This document shows, piece after piece, positions 1 to 9,458 of a stretch of 64,000 nt of DNA. A program made the translations under genes and the position numbers. The number at the start of each line of letters is the position of its first letter. Positions within the stretch are counted from its first letter, which is position 1. The notes beneath the pieces are model-generated. The model did no database searches and was not told where the DNA came from. It was given only the letters and a program-made list of their open reading frames with translations. Origin of the DNA: Eukaryota sp. GEM-RC1 (taxonomy: Eukaryota); NCBI GenBank assembly GCA_040285855.1, contig JAUFOQ010000004.1:1488001-1552000 (forward strand). The letters run 5' to 3'.

Positions 1-210
1 TCAAGAGAGTCAATCATAGAGAGAGGTAGGTGGAACATTGATTGAGAGGATTGTTGGACAGGGTTGAGTTCATCGTTAGGGTATGCAACATGAAGGTAAT
101 GTAGATAAGATTGACGAAAGGCTTGTCTAACCTGTTCTGCTGGAGGAATAGTACAGTATGTAGATGAAAGACACAAACAGATAATAAAGATGAATATGAT
201 GTGTTTGTAA

Positions 211-241
211 GGGGCATTGACAACACCTTTGCCCAAAAGAC
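211..241. repeat. 31-bp hairpin-forming direct repeat, copy 1 (identical to 960-990)
   Basis: GGGGCATTGACAACACCTTTGCCCAAAAGAC occurs identically at 211-241 and 960-990, with an internal GGGCA/TGCCC stem. Confidence 0.9.
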
Positions 242-959
242 CAGTGTTTCAGAAATACGCATACTTCAGCCTAAATACGCCATATTTGAACTTCTAAGTT
301 AAGTACGTACTTCCCATACTTATCGTACTTCTCTAACCCACCTACATTCTTATGCTCATCATCTCTGTTTCTTCATAGAATCCTGTTGAGCAATACGTTT
401 CATCTGTTCTGAGTCGTTCATCCACCTCCATTTACACAAGTTCTCCCAATACTCTTCTTAGTTTGGTACCCAGGCGTTCTTTTCAACCGACTTAGCACAA
501 TGTTAGTCAAGTGGAGTTTATTTCTCACGGTACACACAAAACTTTTGTAAACATCTGCTTCTATAGCACCTCTTATTGAGGGAATTAGCTAACATTGGCA
601 TCAAACCTACTGATGCACCTCCTGACGTCTGAAAGAAGAGCTTGCTTAACCGTTGAAGAACCTTCTTAAGACAAGTACTGTTCCACATCTTGATTTCTGC
701 TGAAGACCTTGAACTGATGTGTTTTTTTCAAGATGGTGATAAAGATTTTTATGAGTTCAATAAATGTTCATACAATATTGGTGTTGTTATGACCCCCTAT
801 CTTGAGAACAAAAGGGGTACAAAAGGGGTCAATCAATGCAGATTAGACTCCAGAACAGGAAAATACGTGAAGTACGTACGAGTACGTATTTACACAGAAG
901 TACGTACTTAACAAATTTGTACGTACACGAACTCCAAAAACTGTTGATTACAAACTGTT

Positions 960-1132
960 GGGGCATTGACAACACCTTTGCCCAAAAGACTTTGCTGTGG
1001 TTCTCAACTCAAATGGATATTCCCAAAGTACACAACTTTGTTAATTTTCATTTTGATTAGAGTATCGAAACCACAGACACGCAGTGAGCTAAGCCCACTG
1101 CGCTGTGTACCGTTAAAAGTACACTAAAGTTA
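960..1132 (-). ncRNA. Candidate Fanzor omegaRNA scaffold and element 3' end
   Basis: Lies directly 3' of the Fanzor stop codon and has five stems: 995-1002/1069-1076, 1024-1029/1035-1040, 1080-1086/1096-1102, 1105-1110/1119-1124 and terminal 961-965/979-983. This is where omegaRNAs lie in TnpB/Fanzor loci. Confidence 0.6.
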
Positions 1133-4100
1133 TTAACGAGAGACCTTCTTCTTCTTGACTGACTTTACGCTTCTTCTTTTAGGCGAACTCATTTCTTTTG
1201 GTGGATTCTTGCATGACGTTTTGTTATGACCTTCTTGGCCACAATTTCCACATGTTGGTTTCTTACGAGTCTTTCCTGTTGAAGTTTTCAACTTTCTGGT
1301 CGCAGTCTTCTTCTTCTTCTGGTCTCTCGCCAAAGTATCCTTACCACTCTCGAGATCTGTTGTTTGAGTTTTAGATCTCTCGAGAGCGGATGGCCTACCT
1401 TGACCATTGATCGTTGCTTCAATGATGGAATAGATATTAATGGCAGAATTTAGGTCTCTATTCCAATAAGTACCACAATCAGCATCTGAGCACTTTACCA
1501 GTCCCCAGGGTGTGGATTTAGCTTCTTCTTCCAATGACTTCTGCTTCACCTCCCACTCTGCTTCCAAAATCCCGCTGGTTTAGAGGATCTTGTTTGTTTT
1601 TGAGCAAAATTTCTCTTCTTAACTTTCTCTTCTTCCTTCTTAGCTGTCTCTTACCTTTGGGACCAAGAACCTTTAGTTCTGAAACATTTTCACATTCTAC
1701 GAAAGTTGATTTTTCCTTAGCACATTTGGAACAACACTTGCTTGTTCTGTATTCATCAACAAGAAATATTTGGTATCCATATCTTCTTAACATTTTACGG
1801 ATTTCCGCTCCTCTAACAGTAGACGTTTTACCCTTTCTTGTTTTACCTTTTGAGCTCCAATCCCCATAGCCAATGACGACGTCTTCTGGAGGTCCATATA
1901 TTAAATTGAAGCGTTCTAGCATGTTTTTCTCCGAACGTTGGTTATTAGAATAAATTTGGAATTTCCTCTTTCTAAACCAGTCATCTTCGTAGAAAGAACT
2001 CAAATATACGTTATATCGTTCGGCTTCTTTAACACATGTTCCAAATGTGTCACTGAAACACGACTTTCTTTCCCCGTTTGATACAGCATTGGAGAATTGG
2101 TTAACGACATCTCTTCCTGTTACAAGAATTCTATCAGGGTGGAGAACCAAAAAATCTTTAAGTTGTCTTTCAGTGACAGTTTCGTCTGGTGATTCGATAG
2201 AAAATTCTTTCAGTTTTCTATTTTCAGATTTACGATATTTTTTAAATTTCGTATCATAAGCTCTTTCTCCCGCTGTGTAATTAAACTTCTTCCATTTGCG
2301 CTTAGCCTTTTTCTTTGATTTTACATCATTATTCGAATTTTTCCAATCTTGTAACTGTTTCTTTCTTTTCTTAATTCCTCCTCTTTTCTTACTTCTGATT
2401 TCTGAGGGTAATCGTTTTTTGAGTGGATTATTTTCAGAAATATCTTCTTCTTTAAGCTCATCGACTGTCTTTTCTGAAACACAATTCATTAAATCATATT
2501 CATTGGGATCGACACCGACAATTCTTTTTTTTTCAATTGTAATTCTTGAATATTCTCATTTGATAAAGAGTGAATGTATCTTTCCGAAGTTCCGAGAGAT
2601 TTAGCAGTAAAATCTTTGAAAGTATTTCCATCTTCATCAACTAAATCTTTCCTCATTAAAACCAAACAACAAGAAATTCCATCAGTCAGAATTGAAGAAT
2701 ATCTAAAGACAAATGATTTTGTTGGTGCCACAGCTTTGTCAGTAAGGACCTGATCAAAGACCTTTTTTCTTATTTCATCTGCATTTTTCCCACGTATATG
2801 AACAAATCTATCATTCATCCAACCTGTGTCCAAACGAATATGCTGAGGAATCAATGTCTTCGTCATTGGAAAAGGGTTGTTTACACTGATTGGTTTTCCA
2901 TCAACCAAACACAAAGATTGTATTGTTCGGTTTATGTACAGAGCATGAGAAATTAACTCTGTCGGCTTTGCTTTCTGTAAATAGTAAATGTTCTTTTTGA
3001 AAACATTGGAAACAAAGAAAATTTTAAATACGCAAAAAACCTCAACGTTAGTTCTTCACGTTGATTAGGGAAAATCTCGTGATCTTCAATTGGAATGTCA
3101 TCAAAATTTCCATTGATAATCGAATCTCTGACTGAATTCAATTTCGAAATCAATTTTTTCTTACTAACTTGATCATTGATTTGTTCAAGTCTGACCTTCT
3201 TTCTTGTTACCAGATTAAAGAATCTGAATACATAATCATGAAAATTTTTGACCATATTGTTTGCATAATTTGTAGAAATTTGTTTGGCAGTGTAGTGAAA
3301 TATGGAAGACATTGACGTTGAGTCAGGAAAAGATATTTGATTGGATCCAATTTCAGTAGATAACTGCTGTAGCAGTGGAGAAAAGTTGTTCAAGTAGTGA
3401 AATGCAATTTTTTCTTTTTCGTTCATTTCTAGTCTTGAAGATTTTTGGAAATCGTCAATCACTTTTTGAGCCTCTGCTCTTGACATTTCTAGTTCTGACT
3501 CTGTAATTGAAGAACCAGTTGATTTCTTCACATACATCCGTCTCAATACTTGTCTAATAGAATCGTGTTTAAGCAGTTTTTTCAAATCTGGTAAGACTAC
3601 GGAAAACTTAGTGTAGGGGAAAACAGATGCATCATCAGAATCAGGCGTTGTATCATGGCTCTTCATTAATTTACGTTCATTTAATGCCAACAAGTCAGAA
3701 AGTTCTGATGGATACGAATCAAAATCATGTTCATACATTAACTCCATTTCACGAAGTCGTTTCTCAAAAAAAATCATGTTCGTACATTAAATCTCGTTCT
3801 TTTGATTCCGAAACAGAAGATTCTAAGAGATATGGACGAAAGTAATGACGATTCATCAAATTTAATTCACATCCACGTGTTTCAAACTCACAAATAAGGA
3901 GATGTTTCAAAAAATTAGAACCCCTTACTGTTGCTCTTTGATTTCGGATAACACAGTCTTTAATTAAGACAATATTATTCTGATCTTTTATAACTTTCTC
4001 CAATCCCTTTTTCACCACTTTAATTGGATGGCGCTCTAGAACATGTTGAGTTTCTTCATCAAAGAAATATTCATGTAATTCAGTTAGACAGTTAATTCGT

Positions 4101-4822
4101 TGAAGTAAATCATCAACCAGAGTAATTACTTTTGCATTATCAGTCCACAATTTGAAGGTTTGCTTGTTGTGTGCGAGTAGGTTAAACTCTTTCTCTATTT
4201 CTTTGTTAACGGTTATGCCTGGTACTTTTCGAAATTCTGTGAAGTATGTAGTTAATTCTAATGACGACAAAATTAAATTCGGTACATGTTTCCGAAACAA
4301 TTTTGAACAAACATTTTCCAAACTTCTACCACCTTTGAAGACATAAGTAGACTTTGTAACATTTGCCAAGTCTAGAGAAACAAAAGGTCCAAAATTGCAA
4401 AGCTTACACCATCTATGAAACCAGTTGGGTACGTAGGGTCTGTATGGATTATCTAAATGAAAATTGGTCTGAATCTTGAACATTTCACACCGTTTAATCA
4501 AAAAGGAAACAACAGTTCATCAGTGTTATAACCAATCAACAATCTGGGTTTTGTTTGGCATAAAACTTGGATAAGTTCCCCAATCATGGCTTCTTCTGAA
4601 GCACAAACAATTATTTCGACATTTTCAAATGTATTGTTTATGTTCTTTTACTAAAAATAACAGTTGAAGTGAAATTAGCATAGATAAATTTGAGACTGAT
4701 AAAGATTATTTTGTCTTCTTTATCCAAAGGATTTGCAAACAGTTCTGCTCTCGATGCTTCAAAAAACTCCAAAAAACTCCAAACTTATCGGAAACACATT
4801 CCCTCTTTTCCTCTTTTAACAT
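1133..4822 (-). CDS. Fanzor1 RNA-guided endonuclease with N-terminal PolB-type exonuclease-like domain and C-terminal CCHC zinc knuckle (about 7 frameshifts, mostly in homopolymers; start uncertain, may extend to 5171)
   Basis: Joined ORFs 3764-4501, 2953-3777, 2489-2914, 1518-2489 and 1133-1567 give collinear Fanzor1 motifs: IKVVKKGLEKVIKD..LIKDCVIRNQRATVRGSNFLK, YTAKQISTNYANNMVKNFHDY, FPMTKTLIPQHIRLDT, ILTDGISCCL, RuvC-I IVGVDPN (D 2508-2510), IGYGDWS, RuvC-II LVDEYRTSKCCSKC (E 1752-1754), C-x4-C..WNRDLNSAINI (RuvC-III D 1454-1456), then CGNCGQEGHNKTSC. Confidence 0.88.
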
Positions 4823-5195
4823 TTTGTGTTGATTCTATTGGAAGACGGTGCTAGATGTATTAGTTAGTCGCTGAGTAATGTCGCTGAGTAATATCATACT
4901 GGTTTGAAAGTAAGATTTGATCTATAAACAAGAAGACATAGATGTTAAAACGAAGTTTACTATTACAAAAAGAAGTCAGAGATGATACATATAAACATAC
5001 AAACACACATCCTCCATCACTACTACTGGTGTGATATAGAAAATTCTTGCATATGAATCGTATGGAAGGACAAATGTTCACAGAATCAATATAAAAGGAC
5101 TTGAAGTCGCGAACTGCGGAAATGTGAGATTGCAATACCCCGACTGAAATACAGTCCCTGGATAAAGTCATGGTTTGAAGTGAAGGAGAAATTTA

Positions 5196-7892
5196 ATGAA
5201 GACCAAGTTTCCCTGCGCTCAAACAATCCATCAACTCAGTGCCACCAACCACTATACACAACATCAATCTCACAGATGACCAACGTGAGATCTTTAACGC
5301 AATCACTACCAGCAGACACAACTTCTTTGTCACTGGTGGTGCAGGATCAGGAAAATCTTATCTTTTACATGCTCTCAAATACTGGTGGAGTAACGTCGGA
5401 TCTCGTCTCATGCGTGCTAATGGTGAAATCTTCTTCACTGCAACAACTGGGGTTGCCTCACCTGTTTTTGGTGGACAGACCATACACTCACTGTTTGGTT
5501 ATAAGTTTATGAAAGAAGAAGAATCCATACATGATGTTATTAAATGTATGCCATCAAATGTCAAATCATTGTTAAAAAAAATTACTCCAAAAAATTCAAT
5601 GTTAATCATTGATGAAATTTCAATGTTGTCCTCCAATTTGTTTCAACGGGCGAGTGACATTTTGGGCGAACTTATGCACACGCAAAATGGTCACTCCCCG
5701 AAGAAACCATTTGGAGGAATTCAGATAATTTGTTTTGGGGACTTTCTTCAATTATCCCCTGTTGTGAAAAGTCTTGATGGAAAAGGAAATCGAAAAGTGG
5801 TAATTTCTGATTTCGCTTTTTCATCAAGAGCTTGGAACAATTTAAATTTTAAATATTGTGAACTGGCTGGTAGTATTCGACAGCAATCAGATTCCCAATT
5901 TTTTAATTTTCTAAATCAATTGAGATTGGGTCTTTTTGATAATTTTATGAGATCAATTCTGCGTAATCATTTCGAAACAGCAGAATCTGTTGAAAACCCA
6001 ACAATTTTATACGGAAAGAATACTGATGTTGCTAGAGAAAATTTAAAACAATTCAAAATTCTGGCAAAAATTCAGATTCAATTGAATTTGTAGCTGTTGA
6101 CAAATTCAATGAATCTGAATTAAAATCTCAAATTAGAAAAAGAAGTTCTAGATTTCCGGTCAATGAATCTAATTTGGAAAAATGTTATGACATTGAAACT
6201 TCTGTGCTGAAAAATTGTTTAGATGACTTTGCTGAAAAAAAACTAGACTGCGTTGTGGGTGGACAAGTGATGTACACTCAAAACAAGCCTGAACTTGGAT
6301 TAGTTAATGGTTCAAAAGGAGTTATTGTTAATGTTTCAGATACATATATTGATGTTCGGTTCAACGCTGAAGCAGAACCGAAAAGAATCAGTCAGTCAAG
6401 GTTTGCTATCGAACACTTGAACGAAATCGGAAGACCTGTTCAAGTGGCGAAAAGAATTCAGTTTCCGCTAAGACCTTGCTGGGCGATAACAGTGCATCGA
6501 TCCCAAGGTTTAACAATTGACGGTATTGAAGTTGCTATCCAGTTTTGGGAATATGCCCAACTTTATGTGACCTTAAGTAGGGTTAGGTCTTGGAGGAGTT
6601 TAAAGATTTTAAGCATTGGAAGAAGTTATCCGGTACCAAATTTGGAATTGTACCAATGGTATTATTCAACTTTTCATCCTGTTAAGCCATCCACTATTGA
6701 TTTGTATGTTTTGGGAAATCAACATTGTCTTCAACGAGATTTCAATCATTTTCATTTATTGATTGCGAACTTTTGTGCAGAATCGAGTGTATCAGTTATG
6801 GATGATGTTGTTGTTCCTGAAGATGTTCATTGTGTTGATGAAGTTGTTGATGAAGTTATTGTTGATAATGTTGATGAACAAATTATTGACTTGGACAAAA
6901 ATCATGTAGACAAATCGAATTTATTTGAAACAGAAGCACTACTATCAGGACCCGATTCTGGTGATGAATCTGACAGTGATACAATTTCAACAAGTTTAGA
7001 TGATTTTGTTGTAAATGATGAACTTGAAGAAGATGAAACTAATATTCCTCTCAAATTTATTAATTGTGACTCAATTTTTAACAAAAATTCCCCAGAGATT
7101 TATGTGAAAAAGTCTAAACTTCCTCAATTACCACGAGGCAACATCACTCTACCATCACTTCCACGTTTGAAGAAAACCTCTTTACCAACGAAGAATTTAT
7201 TATTACAAAAGAATATTAATGCTGGTGTAGAAAGAAAAAGTTCCCAAGTGTTTCCTCTTATTGATGATGAAAAACGATTTTGTCTCAAGGAAGTTCAGAC
7301 TGAAAGCTTTGAAAATGAAAAATGTGATTCCATAAGTGAATATCAACAAACTGACAATGTGAATTATGAAACAATATCATTGTCTCCTATTTTGGAGTAT
7401 AATCGTGTTGCTACTTCAAAACAATTGAGAGTGGACTTAACTATTGGAATTCAGTCAATTGTCGATAATGTACTAAATTGTATTGGATCTGAATCTGCAT
7501 CAAGTATGGAAGTGAAAACAATAAGAAACTGTTACATTACCGATGTGATTAATAGGGATAATGTTGATGAACGTTATTGTAGAGGTGTGCTTGTGGAATT
7601 GTTTCATGTTTTGAAAGAGTATTTGAAAAATGATGAAAAGACTGGTATGTGTGTTTTATTTGAATTATATTTAATTTTGAAAAGATTGGACAATATAGGT
7701 AATTTTGATAGTTTCATCTTGTATTACAAATGTTGTATTACACATCTTGTATTACAAATGTTGTATTACACATCTTGTATTACACATCTTGTAAAACACA
7801 TCTTGTATTACACATCTTGTATTACACATCTTGTAAAACACATCTTGTGTTACAAATGTTGTATTACAAATCTTGTAAAACACATCTTGTGA
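5196..7892 (+). CDS. PIF1-family (SF1B) 5'-3' DNA helicase with acidic C-terminal extension (frameshift near 6065; start uncertain, 5196-5239)
   Basis: VTGGAGSGKS (Walker A), TATTGVA, TIHSLFG, LIIDEISML, PFGGIQIICFGDFLQLSPV, IRQ, LVNGSKG, QFPLRPCWAITVHRSQGLTID and QLYVTLSRVRS across ORFs 5239-6093 and 6174-7892. Confidence 0.92.
7715..7890. repeat. 14-bp tandem minisatellite, about 12 copies (consensus CATCTTGTATTACA)
   Basis: Directly visible repeats of catcttgtattaca, aatgttgtattaca and catcttgtaaaaca, overlapping the 3' end of the PIF1 ORF. Confidence 0.9.
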
Positions 7893-7959
7893 CAACTAAA
7901 AGACAATAGATAGTGACAATAGACTGACATAAGTGGCTTAACTTTATGAGCAAAAGAAA

Positions 7960-8211
7960 AATATAATCAATCAAGAATTCAAGTCGACATATGCTTTCAG
8001 ACAGGTGACGGTCAGAATGAGAAGATGAAAGATTATCAGAAGAAGGAGTAAATGCACTTTTTATCCAGCGAGAGATCGTACTTTGCGAGACAAGGAAGAA
8101 AGAAAGATGGATCTTCCCCATCCAGAGATAGGACCAAACAGCCCTCACTCTGGTGTCTTCTGAAGCGTGGATAGACATGCTCGTTAAGTCGAGTCTTGAG
8201 TCCCAAAGCAT
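7960..8211 (-). pseudogene. Fragment of an IS630/Tc1-mariner-like transposase N-terminal helix-turn-helix
   Basis: HASEDTRVRAVWSYLW..FLVSQSTISRWIK is HTH-like; HASEDT(R/K)VR recurs at ~48120 joined to an IS630-like C-terminus. Confidence 0.5.
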
Positions 8212-9458
8212 TTCAAAAGTGTATCCTATAAGTAAAAAGAGTTTGTGGGAATTGGGTGTGTGGGGGAATTGGTAAAATGCTGTGAGTTGGTTTTTGGGTG
8301 CTTAACCCAAATTTCCACCCAACCACCCAATTCTCTCCAACCAACCATTTCCATTTTCTGGTCAATCCCATTTTCTTCGTGGTTTCTTGTCATGCACTGC
8401 CTTTCCACAACTACGAACAGCTTGTGATAGGCTGCTTTACGCTCTTCAAAATGAATGGCGATTTATACCTTGGGTCCTTTTGCACTCATAGCTAACTTCC
8501 CTAACTGTCTCTTGCGATGGACTAAGATCAAGTAAGCTGTAGTATCTCTTGGAATGCGTCTGTTTATTCAACTGTAGTGTCTCATAGAATGTTGATTCCT
8601 TATCGTTGTGAACAGACTGGTTTATGGATGTTGATGTGCCATTGTCGCTTTTCTATAGTATCATCGTTTATAGTCTTAGGTTGTTTGTACGTGAAACATA
8701 GGCCATTATTTAACAAGCAGGATAAGTTCCTTATCCACATCAACTATCCACTGTTCACAGTTAGTTGTATAGAGAAACAGAACAAGAATAAAAGCCCAGC
8801 CTGCATAGCGTTCCTCATATACCTTCTGTCTCGTTTCGTCACTATTTGCCATCGTGTTTCAGAAACAAGTCGTCTTCGTAGATGACATGCAGATAGGAAC
8901 ATGTATCAAGAATGTTTGGCATACGGAAACCAGTAAGTAACAAAAGGCCAAATAAGATCATGATGTTTATTGATACTGTTGATAGTGCTGAGCTTGTCAC
9001 ACAATGCAAGGTCGTTTTTTACGTGAAACTATAGAGACTATTTGATCGATCTACTTAACAGTGGTCCTTTTGGGACCAATGGAATGGAAGGATCTCTTTT
9101 GATCAGGGAGGTTGTGGAATACATCGCGCAAATGCATTCCATAAGATTTGGGTCCTTCTGGGGAGTCATCAATGTTGTTACCCTCTACTGTTTTGATATG
9201 AATCCCATCGATGGAATGATCAGTGTATCAGCAAGAGAAGTGTTTAGTGTTTGGAACTGAAGCACAGATTGCCTGCAGAGAGAAGACGTATGTTGTAGGA
9301 GACATCAAATGTTTGGTTGGTAAATAGGTGGAAAGTGGGAGTTAAGAATCTCCCATGAAATTCACAGTGGGGATACTACTGTAGTATTCACCCAAAATGA
9401 AAACTACTTTGGCAAAAGAGAGTTTCAAAATCTTCCTGAACAACTCATCATCTACTTA

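Noticed and set aside
560..911. TGA-as-Trp recoding in a plus-strand frame
   Set aside because: Conserved genes here use TGG for Trp and end in TGA (e.g. Pol delta); this is more likely a decayed ORF.
211..990. CRISPR array
   Set aside because: Only two repeats, about 720 bp apart, in a eukaryotic context with no cas genes.
1534..2604. Plus-strand ORFs 1534-1869, 2047-2259 and 2296-2604
   Set aside because: Antisense shadows of the Lys-rich Fanzor coding strand.
4851..4899. Minus-strand intron (GTATGA..ACTAAC..TAG) joining ORF 4860-5171 to the Fanzor
   Set aside because: Splicing gives the right frame but leaves an in-frame TAG at 4835-4837, so it cannot be supported without transcripts.
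5196..7892. Autonomous Helitron RepHel gene
   Set aside because: No HUH/Y2 Rep domain is visible N-terminal to the helicase or nearby.
8400..9306. Protein-coding gene
   Set aside because: Only short broken ORFs with no recognisable motif.
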